Shown: piece by piece, positions 40,390 through 51,641 of the stretch
How the letters are laid out: the number at the start of each line of letters is the position of its first letter
Numbering within the stretch: the stretch's first letter is position 1
Translations under genes and position numbers: made by a program
Notes under the pieces: generated by a model
Seen by the model: only the letters and a program-made list of their open reading frames with translations
Told to the model about the DNA's origin: nothing
Databases searched by the model: none
Origin: an uncultured delta proteobacterium
Lineage (GTDB): Bacteria > Myxococcota_A > Polyangia > Polyangiales > Polyangiaceae
Reading direction: 5' to 3'
Length of the DNA: 64,000 nt
Assembly (NCBI GenBank): GCA_963850305.1
Contig: CAWKKR010000007.1
Location: forward strand, 704,001 to 768,000

Positions 40390-41895
40390 ATGAACTCTCC
40401 GCTGATTGCAGGGTTGTTCGTGGGTTGGACGGCCGTCCAGCTCGCCGTGGGAGCGTTCTTCCTTCAGGCGTATCTCGCGCGACGTAGGGAGGTCGAATAT
40501 CTTCTGTTCGCGCTCCTTTGCCTGGCGATGGCGGTAGCCGACGCCGGACTGACGGGGGTCAGCGCAATCCACGGCATGTCGCACTGGCTGCTGGCGACTA
40601 CACTCGTGCACACGGGGGCCCTCTTCGCGACGGCCCTCAACGTTCATTTCGTTTTCCAGCTCGTCCTGCCGAAGCACGTGCCGCACGTTTCTCCCGCGGC
40701 GTACGTGGTCGCGGCGGCGTACGCCGCCGTCATCGCCTTCGGTGGCTGGTGGGTACCTGGCACGACTCACGTCATTCACATCACGGTGTCTGGCATTCGA
40801 ATCGACACGGTACTGGCGAAGCCGACGCTGGTCGGTATTTCCGCGTACGTCACGATGCTGGGGGCGAACCTGATCGGGGCCGTCACGCTGGTCGGCGCCT
40901 ATCGCGGCGGACGCCGCGAGTTGCGCGGCGCCATTCTGGGGCTCGTTCTCTCGATCGGTTGCGCGCTGAGCGACGTTCTCTCGGTGGCCTTTCAGCTAGG
41001 CACGCCGCCGCTCTTCCCATACGGGTTCTTGATCTACGGATTCGGCATCGCGGACACCCTTCTGGTTCGCTACCGGGATGCAGCGGAGGAACTCGAAGTG
41101 ACGGCTAGCGAGCTCCGGAGCGCCACCGAGGAACTTACGAACTCCTACCTCGAGCTCAGCGTCGTCCAAGAGGAGCTGTTTCATAAACGGCAGCTTGCGT
41201 CGGTAGGTGAGCTTGCCGCGGCGATCGCGCACGAAGTCAGAAATCCTCTCGCCGTCATCGTGAACGCCGCGGCGAGTCTCAAGCGCCCCAGTCTCGGCCC
41301 CGAAGATCGCAACACGCTGTTCGGGATCATCGAGGAGGAGATCCGGCGGCTGAACAACATCGTGACGGAGCTCGTCCGGTACGCTCGTCCCATGAACGTG
41401 CGCCGCGAAGACGTCGTGCTGGGCGAAGTCGTAAAGGTACTCGGGGAGTCGTTCGACGATCGGTATTCACTCACGCTGAAAAGCGTGCCGGGTGCCGACA
41501 TCGAGACAGTCTGGGCGGATCCGAGCTTGCTGAGGCTGGCGATGCAGAACCTCGTCGACAACGCGTGCCAGGCGATGCCGGGAGGAGGCTCGATCATCGT
41601 GACCGCCACGAGGGACCGCGTCGGCGAAACGGCCGGCGTGCGGATCGAGGTCACCGACACCGGCCAAGGCATGGACTCACGAACCCTCCGTCGGGCAATG
41701 GACCCGTTCTTCAGCACGCGCCCGAGCGGCACGGGTCTCGGACTGCCGATCACGGGCCGCATCGTCGAAGCACACGGCGGGCGAGTGGACGTTCAAAGTC
41801 GCGCTGGTGAGGGCACGACGGTGGCGCTGTTCGTCCCCGACAGACGCACGGAACAACGGTTGCCGGACCCTTCGCGAATATCTTCACCCGGATGA
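40390..41895 (+). CDS. Membrane sensor histidine kinase
   Basis: About seven N-terminal TM helices; H-box AHEVRNPL; N-box NLVDNA; DTGQG; FFST; GTGLGL. Confidence 0.93.
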   Translation: MNSPLIAGLFVGWTAVQLAVGAFFLQAYLARRREVEYLLFALLCLAMAVADAGLTGVSAIHGMSHWLLATTLVHTGALFATALNVHFVFQLVLPKHVPHVSPAAYVVAAAYAAVIAFGGWWVPGTTHVIHITVSGIRIDTVLAKPTLVGISAYVTMLGANLIGAVTLVGAYRGGRRELRGAILGLVLSIGCALSDVLSVAFQLGTPPLFPYGFLIYGFGIADTLLVRYRDAAEELEVTASELRSATEELTNSYLELSVVQEELFHKRQLASVGELAAAIAHEVRNPLAVIVNAAASLKRPSLGPEDRNTLFGIIEEEIRRLNNIVTELVRYARPMNVRREDVVLGEVVKVLGESFDDRYSLTLKSVPGADIETVWADPSLLRLAMQNLVDNACQAMPGGGSIIVTATRDRVGETAGVRIEVTDTGQGMDSRTLRRAMDPFFSTRPSGTGLGLPITGRIVEAHGGRVDVQSRAGEGTTVALFVPDRRTEQRLPDPSRISSPG

Positions 41896-41939
41896 GTTCT
41901 TGTTGCGGGGGAGGTCGGGTCACCGCATGCTCGATGGAG

Positions 41940-42293
41940 ATGGCTCAGAGGAAGCGTCTCGTATTCGTCTGCGTGAACCGCCGTCCGGACGGTACGCCGA
42001 AGGGCTCCTGTGCGGCCCGTGGAGCCGTGGAAGTACACGCCGCGCTCAAAGCCGCGCTGAAGGAACACGGTCTGGCCGAGATCGGCGCGCGCGCCTGCAC
42101 ATCGAGCTGCCTCGATGCGTGCTGGGCGGGCCCGTGCATCGCCGTGGAACCGGACCATTTCTATTACGGCAGAGTGCGCGTGGCCGACGTGCCTGAGATC
42201 GTCGATGCGATCGAACGAGGTCGTCGCGTCGAGCGCCTCGTACTCGGCCCTGAAGACTTCGTCGAGCCGGCGGAGCTACGACGTCGCGAGTGA
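41940..42293 (+). CDS. Thioredoxin-like [2Fe-2S] ferredoxin
   Basis: FVCVNRRPDGTPKGSC...SSCLDACWAGP..VEP..YYG. Start could be 41892 (overlapping the kinase stop), 41934 or 41940. Confidence 0.88.
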   Translation: MAQRKRLVFVCVNRRPDGTPKGSCAARGAVEVHAALKAALKEHGLAEIGARACTSSCLDACWAGPCIAVEPDHFYYGRVRVADVPEIVDAIERGRRVERLVLGPEDFVEPAELRRRE

Positions 42294-42317
42294 GCGGCTC
42301 GCCCCGGAGAGGCTGCC

Positions 42318-42668
42318 TTGAAGTTTACGCTGGCTGGCGCATTTCACCCGCCGTCGTCGGTTCTGGACCAGAGGCGGATCCTGGTCAGGTTCGACATGGA
42401 CGACGGCGTAACCGTCCACGCCGAGTCGCTGGCCGAGCGCGCGCTCGCACGGCTTCGGGTCCACGCGCGGTTTCCCGTCGTCGATTACCGGTTCTCGTTT
42501 CTTTCCGATCGAGGCGAGCAACTGGCCCTTCTGGTAACGCACGGATTGGCGCGACCGCGCTGCAGGGCGCTGACCGAACTCTCGGGTACGCTGACAGTCT
42601 CCGGCGGTCCTCTGATTGGTCTGGCTTGCCTGCGCGTCGATTGGCGCCGGAGCCTCCTGGGTCATTAA
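42318..42668 (+). CDS. Hypothetical protein
   Basis: 116-aa ORF filling the gap between ferredoxin and regulator on the same strand; no motif recognised; start uncertain. Confidence 0.45.
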   Translation: MKFTLAGAFHPPSSVLDQRRILVRFDMDDGVTVHAESLAERALARLRVHARFPVVDYRFSFLSDRGEQLALLVTHGLARPRCRALTELSGTLTVSGGPLIGLACLRVDWRRSLLGH

Positions 42669-42719
42669 GCGCAGTAAATGCGGCTTGTTGTCAGCTTGAT
42701 GGAAGAATTGTCGAGGCTC

Positions 42720-42733
42720 TGACATAATGACGC
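42720..42733 (+). promoter_or_regulatory. TGACATAATGACGC box: extended -10 (TGnCATAAT) overlapping a copy of the putative activator-binding motif
   Basis: CATAAT ends 6 nt before ATG 42735; the 14-mer matches the TGxCA-N3-TGxCGC boxes at 44171 and 44211. Confidence 0.45.
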
Positions 42734-42734
42734 C

Positions 42735-44156
42735 ATGAGTGACAGCATGGCTTCAGGGGGCTCCGAGCCCGCAGCTGCTTCCGAGCCCTGGTCGGGAGGC
42801 GCCGGAGGCGACCGCGAGATCACCGTGCTCGTGGTGGACGACGAGCCGAGCAACCTGACGTCGCTCCGAAAAATATTCGAACGCGAGGGCATGCGTGTGC
42901 TGACGGCCGAGAGTGCCAAGGACGCGCTCGAGGCCGCACGCAGACATCGCATCGGGGTGGTCCTGACGGATCTGATGATGCCGGGTGCGAACGGCGTGGA
43001 GTTGCTCCGCGCAATGAAGGAGATCGCGCCGGACACGGAAGTGGTTCTCATGACCGCCTACGGGACCGTCGAGACCGCCGTCCAGGCAATGCGCGAGGGG
43101 GCGTACGACTTCGTCGAGAAACCATTGAAGCGCATGAACATCGTCAAGAGTGTTCAGAAGGCGGCCGAGCGCCAGTCGCTCGTCGCGGAGAACCGCTCGC
43201 TGAAGCAAGAGCTCAGGCTCCTCACCACGCGGGAAATCGTCGGTCAGAGCCCGGCCCTGCGCCACGTCCTCGACGTCGCGGTACAGGCCGCGCCGTCGAC
43301 GGCCACCGTGCTGATTCTCGGCGAGAGCGGGACGGGCAAGGAGCTCATCGCGCGGTACATCCATTCCAAGAGCGCGCGCGCGCCGGGACCATTCGTGGCG
43401 GTCAATTGCGCCGCGATTCCCGAGACGATCCTCGAAGCGGAGCTCTTCGGTCACGAACGCGGAGCGTTCACGGGCGCCGTCGGACGTCGCGAAGGGCGTT
43501 TCGCTCGCGCACGCGGAGGTACGTTGTTCTTGGATGAGATTGGCGAGCTCACGCCGTCCGTTCAGGTGAAGCTCCTGCGCGTGATCCAGGAGGGCGAGTA
43601 CGAGCCCGTGGGCGGCAACCCCGTGCGCGCTGACGTGCGGCTCCTCGCTGCGACGAACCGTGATCTCACTGCCGAGGTCGAAGCGGGACGCTTCCGTGAA
43701 GATCTCTACTACCGGCTGAACGTCATCGCCGTCACGGCGCCTCCGCTCCGTGCGCGCCGCGAGGACATCGCGCTGCTCATCGATCATTTCCTCGGCATCT
43801 ATTGCCGGAAGAACGGTCGTGCGCGCCTGGACGTTCATCGCGAGGCGATGGTCAAGTTGCTCGACTACAGCTGGCCGGGGAACGTGCGGGAGCTCGAGAA
43901 CGTCATCGAGCGTTCCGCGGTGCTCTGTCGCTCCGACACGATCCGTCTCGAGGATTTGCCCGAAGTGGTCGCGCAAGCGAGCGCGCCGTCCCCGTCGACA
44001 TTGTCCTTTCCCATCGGGATGACGCTCGACGACGTCGAGTCAAGGATGATCCGCGAAACGCTTCGCCACACCTCCGGGGACAAGTCGCTCGCGGCGCAGC
44101 TCCTCGGCATTTCGACGCGCACCATCTACCGCAAGCTCGGCGAAGCCGGCGGTTGA
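42735..44156 (+). CDS. Sigma54-dependent NtrC-family response regulator (REC-AAA+-Fis HTH)
   Basis: VVDDE and TDLMMP receiver; GESGTGKE; GAFTGA; FREDLYYRLNV; WPGNVRELEN; AAQLLGISTRTIYRKL. Confidence 0.96.
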   Translation: MSDSMASGGSEPAAASEPWSGGAGGDREITVLVVDDEPSNLTSLRKIFEREGMRVLTAESAKDALEAARRHRIGVVLTDLMMPGANGVELLRAMKEIAPDTEVVLMTAYGTVETAVQAMREGAYDFVEKPLKRMNIVKSVQKAAERQSLVAENRSLKQELRLLTTREIVGQSPALRHVLDVAVQAAPSTATVLILGESGTGKELIARYIHSKSARAPGPFVAVNCAAIPETILEAELFGHERGAFTGAVGRREGRFARARGGTLFLDEIGELTPSVQVKLLRVIQEGEYEPVGGNPVRADVRLLAATNRDLTAEVEAGRFREDLYYRLNVIAVTAPPLRARREDIALLIDHFLGIYCRKNGRARLDVHREAMVKLLDYSWPGNVRELENVIERSAVLCRSDTIRLEDLPEVVAQASAPSPSTLSFPIGMTLDDVESRMIRETLRHTSGDKSLAAQLLGISTRTIYRKLGEAGG

Positions 44157-44170
44157 ACGCAATCATGCGA

Positions 44171-44224
44171 TGCCAAATTGTCGCCGCGCGGGCTCCCGAA
44201 CCCAAGGGCTTGCCACCTTGGCGC
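44171..44224. promoter_or_regulatory. Two putative enhancer-binding-protein sites (TGCCAAATTGTCGC, TGCCACCTTGGCGC), 40 bp apart
   Basis: Imperfect palindromes about 95 and 135 bp upstream of the predicted sigma54 start site. Confidence 0.55.
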
Positions 44225-44286
44225 GCGCCCCAGCTCGATTTCGTCTCTAACCGCTGCAAATCACGAAGAGTTTCCGCTTTGACGTC

Positions 44287-44302
44287 TGGCACGCGTCTCG
44301 CT
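44287..44302 (+). promoter_or_regulatory. Sigma54 (-24/-12) promoter of the gsp operon
   Basis: TGGCACGCGTCTCGCT has GG-N10-GC spacing and matches TGGCAC-N5-TTGC with one mismatch; 20 nt before the gspC ATG. Confidence 0.75.
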
Positions 44303-44322
44303 TAGAACGCGCCGAGCGAACA

Positions 44323-45287
44323 ATGGCCTTGGACGCGCTTGCTAAGAGATTTTCCCGGGTCTCGTCCTGTCGTTGATCGCGATCGCCGCCTACTTCCAAG
44401 CGTCCGGATTGATGCAACTGGTCACGAACTCGTACTTTGACCGCGGCGGTTCCGACGTTCCGGAAGCGTCAGCGGTAAAGCAAGCGGCATCGAGCGAGTC
44501 GGAGGAGCCCAAGAGCGCGGAGCCGATCCTTTCGCGCAACCCGTTCGACTCCGTGACAGGGCCGCTCAACAAGGTCGCAGAAACAGAAGAAGAAGGGGCG
44601 GCGCCCGAGGCCGAAAAGGTCGATTTATCGAATCCGCTCAACTCCCCGGTGTGCGACGGCATCACGGCGCACGCGGTCACGGAGTCCACCGATCCGACGT
44701 GGTCGGTCGCGCTGCTTCAGGGAACCGGCGACACGATGGCCAAGCTGCGCCGTGTCGGTGACGCGATGGGCGACAAGCAGGTTGCGTACATCGGGTTCAA
44801 TCCCACGCGGAACAGCCCATCCGTTTGGCTCACCGGTGGAGCCACGCTGTGCCAGGTGTTGTTGTTCGCGCCCCCGGCGCCCGTGGCGAAGCCCGACGAG
44901 CCGAAGCCGAAGGTGGAGCCAGGCGGCGTTCCAGACGACATCGCGAAGCGCATTCAGAAGATCAGCGACACCGAGTTTCACATCGACCGCGCGGTCGTCG
45001 ACAACATCCTCGAAAATCAGGCGCAGCTGATGCGTACGGCGCGCATCGTCCCCGAGCAGAAGGACGGGAAGGTCGTCGGGATCCGCCTCTTCGGGATCCG
45101 TCCGGAAACGTTGCTCGGAAAGCTCGGACTGCAGAACGGCGACCGACTCGAGGCCATCAACGGTTTCGACATGGCGAGTCCGGAGAAAGCACTCGAAGCC
45201 TACGCGCGGCTCCGTACCGCCGACGACCTTGCCGTCAAGATCACCCGTCGCGGATCGCCCGTGACGATCGACTTCAAGATTCAGTAA
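44323..45287 (+). CDS. gspC: Type II secretion protein C (with PDZ domain); apparent 1-nt deletion in T run near 44350
   Basis: Adding one T joins MALDALAKRF to FPGLVLSLIAIAAYFQ of ORF 44373..45287; C-terminal PDZ-like LGLQNGDRLEAING. Confidence 0.88.
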
Positions 45288-45291
45288 CACC

Positions 45292-47785
45292 ATGCCCACG
45301 AAACGATCTTGCTCCCTTGTCGCGGGCGTCTTGGCGTTCACGGTTGCCGCGCGCGCGTTCGCCCAGGCGCCTCCGCTGCGCGCTCAGACCCGACCCGCCG
45401 TCGTCCGCTCTCCGCGAAACGTGGGCGCGTCTCAAGCGCCCTCGCCGGTCATCGCGGCCCCTGGGGCTGCACCCGCACCGCCCGCGCCGGAATCGCCTGC
45501 CGATCTCGAACCACCGGGTGCGAGTAGTCCACCGCCTGCTTCGATGGACTCGATCGCGAAGGCCCTGGACGTGCCGTACCGTCCCAAGCCCGGGGGCACG
45601 CTCGTCAAATTCAACCTGGAAGATGCGGACCTCGCAGAACTGGTGAACCACATCAGCGGACTCACCGGGAAGCGCTTCATCTACGGATCGAAGGTCCGTC
45701 AGGTGAAGGTCACGGTCGTGTCGCCGACTCCCGTGACCATCGACGAAGCGTACGAGGCGTTCCTCTCGATCCTCGACGCAAACGGGATGACCATCGTGCC
45801 GCACGGACGCTTTCTGAAGATCGTCGACACCGGCGGTATCGCATCGGACACGACGCCCATCTACGATCGCGGCGAACCGCTGCCCGACACGGATCGATTC
45901 GTGACGCGGTTGTATCGCCTGCACAGCACGTCGGCGACCGAGGCGTCGAACCTGCTCGGCAAGTTCAAGAGCAAGGAGGGAGATATCTCCGTGTACGAGC
46001 CTGGCTCGTTGCTCATCATCACCGATCGCGCGGACAACATTCAGCGGATGGTCCGGATCCTCGAGGAAATAGACGTAGGCGGCGCAGGCACGTCGATGTG
46101 GATCGAGCCGATTCACTATGGCTCGGCCGCCGACATGGCAAAGCAGTTCAACGACCTCTTCGATCTCAACCAACCGGGGGGCGCCAAGGGTGCCCCTGGG
46201 CTCATGAAGGTAATTCCCGACGACAAAACGAACTCGCTCATCATCGTGGGGACCGAAGACGCTTACACGAAGCTCCTCGAACTCCTGAAGCGCGTCGATC
46301 TGGCCCCTGCGGCATCCGGGAAGATCCGGGTGTTGCCGCTCCAGCATGCGGTCGCGGAAGAGCTTGCGGCAACGATGACGCAGATGCTTTCCGGCGCGAA
46401 GTCCACGTCGAATCAGAACAAACCGGGAGCGCCGGCTCCGGTGTTCGAGGGTGACGTGCGCGTGGTGGCGGACAAGGCCACGAACTCGCTCGTCGTCACG
46501 TCCTCGGCGCGCGACTACGCGCAGATCCGTCTCGTGGTCGATCAGCTGGATCGCGCCCGCCGTCAGGTGTTCATCGATGCGGTCATCATGGATGTCTCGG
46601 TCGAACGAACGATGGATCTTGGTCTTGCCTTCCACGGCGGCGCCACCGAGGATCTCGGCGGCGGCGGCGACACCGTACTGCTCGGTGGTCTCGACCCGCT
46701 CAAATCCGTCGCGCCAACGGACCCGACCCAGCTCCAGGGACTCGCCCTCGGTGTCCGCGGGCCCGACCTTCCGAATAGCGCCAACACTTTTCCAGGCCTG
46801 TCCGGGCTCTCGATTCCGGCGTTCGGCGTCGTGCTCAATGCGATCGCGACGAGCGGCGATTCGAACGTTCTCTCGACGCCACACATCATCGCGACGGACA
46901 ACACGCCCGCGGAGATCAATATCGGTGAGAACATCGCGCTGCAGCAGAACGTGGGTGGGCTGCCGAGTCTCGGCGGTCTCGGAGCGACGGGTGCAGCGGG
47001 TGGCCTCGGCGCGCTCGGCGCGCTCGGTGGTCTCGGGCCTCGGGGGTTTCGGAGCGGCGCAACGCCACGACGTCGGCACGCACATCAAGGTGACGCCCCA
47101 CATCAACGCGACCGACCAGGTTAGACTGGAAATCCAGGAGGAAATCAGCGAGGCTGGTGCGCCAGCCGGTGCGCTCGGCGTGGTTCCCATCATTCAGCGC
47201 CGCGCGAACACGACGCTCATCGTGGACGATCAACAGACGGTCGTCATCGGCGGCCTGATCAGCGACACGATCACGAAGTCTTCGGAAAAGATCCCCGTGC
47301 TCGGGGATCTGCCCGTGCTCGGGTTTCTCTTCCGCTCGACGAAGAACGACAGAAAAAAGACGAATCTTTTACTCATTCTCACGCCGTACGTGATCCGGGA
47401 TCAAGAAGACCTCCGGAAAGTCTTCGAGCGGAAGATGCAGGAGCGGCAGGAGTTCTTGGATCGGTATTTCGTATTCGAGGGCGAATGGCAGGCGCCGCGC
47501 GATTATTCGCGCACGAACGGGCTCGTGGAGGACATCCGGCAATCCTACGCCGCGCTTGCCGAGCAGCTCCGGCTCGAAGCAGAGAGCGAGCCGGTCGACA
47601 AGGGTGGACACGAGCCGTCAGCGCCCATCGACGTGCCCAGCGAAGTGAAGGGTGGGACGAGCAGGCCGGGAGGGACCCGGCCGCGGCCCGCAACGCCCCG
47701 GCGCGCGCGCCCCGCCTCGGAGTACGAGTCGCCGATCCGCATCAATCCCATCGCCCGTAGCGTGAACATCGAAAGGATGGAGTGA
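45292..47785 (+). CDS. gspD: Type II secretion secretin D; apparent 1-nt insertion in G run at about 47035-47037
   Basis: N0/N domains (FNLEDADL, DDKTNSLII, ADKATNSLVV), QVFIDAVI, NVLSTPHI in ORF 45292..47124. Continues in ORF 46451..47785 with DVGTHIKVTPHIN and KIPVLGDLPVLGFLF. Confidence 0.93.
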
Positions 47786-47788
47786 CAC

Positions 47789-49558
<1,770 letters not shown>

Positions 49559-49559
49559 A

Positions 49560-50789
49560 ATGGCCGTCTTCGAGTACCGCGGGATTCAGGTCGGCAGCGG
49601 AAAGGCCGTCAAGGGCTACCGCGACGCGGACAATCAAAAGGTGCTTCGCGCGCTGCTCCGCAAGGACGGCATTCTTCTCACGCTGGCGCAGGAGGAGACC
49701 GCGGAACGCGTCAAGTCGCAGGGCAAGGAGATCGACCTCTTCGCCGTCTTTCGTCGTGCAAACACCGCGGACGTCGCCGTGATGACGCGACAGCTCGCGA
49801 CGCTGGTACGTGCGGGGGTTCCGCTGGTCGATTCGATCAGCGCCCTCGTGGATCAGGTCGAGAAAGAGCAACTGGTGCGCGTTCTGACGGCCGTGCGCGA
49901 GACTCTGAAGAGCGGGACGAGCTTCGCCAAGTGTCTCGAGGCACACCCGAAGGTGTTTCCGAATCTCTACGTGAACATGGTGGCGGCCGGCGAGGCGTCG
50001 GGCACGCTGGAGGCCGTGCTCGACCGGCTAGCGGACTTCATGGAGGGCCAGGCCCGGCTGAAAGGCAAGGTCACGGCAGCGCTGGCGTACCCGGTGCTGA
50101 TGATGTTCATCGGCATCGTCATGGTGAGCGTGCTGATGGTCGCCGTCGTGCCGAAGGTGGTCAGCATATTCGACAATCTCGGGCAAGAGCTGCCCTGGTA
50201 CACGCGACTTCTCATTTTCGTCTCGAACGTGTTCGGTAGCTACTGGTGGCTGATCATTCTCACGGTGGTCGGAGGCATCTGGTATTTTCGCAGATGGATC
50301 CGCACGCCCTCGGGTCGGCTGCGGTGGGACACGTTCATTCTTCGGGTACCCATCTTCGGGCGGCTCAACCTCCTGGTCGCGGTCGCTCGATTTTCGAGGA
50401 CGCTCTCCACGCTTCTCGCGAGCGGCGTTCAGCTGCTCACCGCGATGAACATCGTGAAGAACGTGCTTGGAAACGCGCTGCTGGAGTCCGTTGTTTCGAC
50501 CGCAATCAGCTCGATTCGAGAGGGGGAGAGCATCGCCGAGCCGCTCAAGCGGAGCGGGGAATTCCCACCCATGGTGACGCACATGATCGCCGTCGGCGAG
50601 AAGACCGGTCAGCTCGAACAGATGCTCGACAACGTCAGCCGTGCTTATGAAGCGGACGTGGAAACGAAGGTTGTCGCGCTGACGAGCCTGTTGGAACCGT
50701 TGATGATCATGCTCCTGGGTGGCGTCGTGGGTTTCATCGCCATGGCGATATTGATGCCCCTCATTCAGATGAATCAGCTGGTGCAGTGA
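49560..50789 (+). CDS. gspF: Type II secretion inner-membrane platform protein F
   Basis: TRQLATLVRAGVPL, AGEASGTL, ALAYP, VGEKTGQL, LLEP motifs. Confidence 0.96.
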   Translation: MAVFEYRGIQVGSGKAVKGYRDADNQKVLRALLRKDGILLTLAQEETAERVKSQGKEIDLFAVFRRANTADVAVMTRQLATLVRAGVPLVDSISALVDQVEKEQLVRVLTAVRETLKSGTSFAKCLEAHPKVFPNLYVNMVAAGEASGTLEAVLDRLADFMEGQARLKGKVTAALAYPVLMMFIGIVMVSVLMVAVVPKVVSIFDNLGQELPWYTRLLIFVSNVFGSYWWLIILTVVGGIWYFRRWIRTPSGRLRWDTFILRVPIFGRLNLLVAVARFSRTLSTLLASGVQLLTAMNIVKNVLGNALLESVVSTAISSIREGESIAEPLKRSGEFPPMVTHMIAVGEKTGQLEQMLDNVSRAYEADVETKVVALTSLLEPLMIMLLGGVVGFIAMAILMPLIQMNQLVQ

Positions 50790-51202
50790 TGGCAAAGCGG
50801 AGGCGAACCGAACGTCATATTCTCTTTCCGTGGGAACGGCGCGGTGGGCTCCTGCGCCGGATCCGGATCGATCAAGCCGGACCATTCCTCGCGGTGATGG
50901 GAGCGGTGTCTCTGGTCGCGCTGGTCGGCATGCACGAGCGTCGGGAGTCGGGAATTCGTCGCACGCACGCGACACTCTTGAACGTCCGGAACGCGGTCGA
51001 TTCCTACATGGCGGATCACGACGGCGGATGCCCCGCGGCGGGGCTCGACGGGCTCGGTAGCTACGCTAATTTCGAAGGAGCGCCGCGGGATGCCTGGGGC
51101 AAACCACTCAGGCTCGAGTGTCCGGGTTCTGACAACGCACGCTACGACCTGTCCAGCGACGGCCCTGACGGACGTCCTGGGGGCCTCGACCGAATCGAGT
51201 GA
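50786..51202 (+). CDS. GspG-like pseudopilin-domain protein lacking a prepilin cleavage motif
   Basis: C-terminal DAWGKP...YDLSSDGPDG GspG signature, one TM, no G|F-x-x-x-E site. Confidence 0.75.
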   Translation: MMAKRRRTERHILFPWERRGGLLRRIRIDQAGPFLAVMGAVSLVALVGMHERRESGIRRTHATLLNVRNAVDSYMADHDGGCPAAGLDGLGSYANFEGAPRDAWGKPLRLECPGSDNARYDLSSDGPDGRPGGLDRIE

Positions 51203-51215
51203 AAGAGAGAAGCAG

Positions 51216-51620
51216 ATGAACCAAAGAAATTTCAGGAAGGCTCTCGAACGCGGCGTCACGCTGGTCGAGGTTCTCATCGTCGTCGCGATCATCGCGATGG
51301 TCGCGAGCGGCGTCGCCGTGTTCGCGCTACCGAAGTACAAACAGGCACAAGTGCAGGAAGCCGAGACTGGCGCACGAGTGATTCGCGGAGCGATCCAGAA
51401 CTGGCAGCGGGTCAACAACGACTCGACGTGCCCAACCATGAGCCAGCTCGTGCAGGAGAAGGAGATCGACTCTGCGACGTCGAACGTCGATCCCTGGAAC
51501 CAGCCATACATTCTGACTTGTACCGACGACGACGTGATCGTCGGTTCCGACGGTCCCGACAAGAAGCACGGCACGGCGGACGATATCCGGGTTCCGAAGG
51601 CCACCGTGTCGGGCCAATGA
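51216..51620 (+). CDS. gspG: Major pseudopilin G
   Basis: ERG|VTLVEVLIVV class III signal; DPWNQPY; SDGPD...TADDI. Confidence 0.88.
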   Translation: MNQRNFRKALERGVTLVEVLIVVAIIAMVASGVAVFALPKYKQAQVQEAETGARVIRGAIQNWQRVNNDSTCPTMSQLVQEKEIDSATSNVDPWNQPYILTCTDDDVIVGSDGPDKKHGTADDIRVPKATVSGQ

Positions 51621-51641
51621 GGTTCGCACGAGGGTGACGTC

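Noticed and set aside
44323..47785. gspC and gspD as pseudogenes (dead T2SS)
   Set aside because: Each has a single indel in a short homopolymer, all motifs are intact and the rest of the operon is undamaged; assembly error is more parsimonious.
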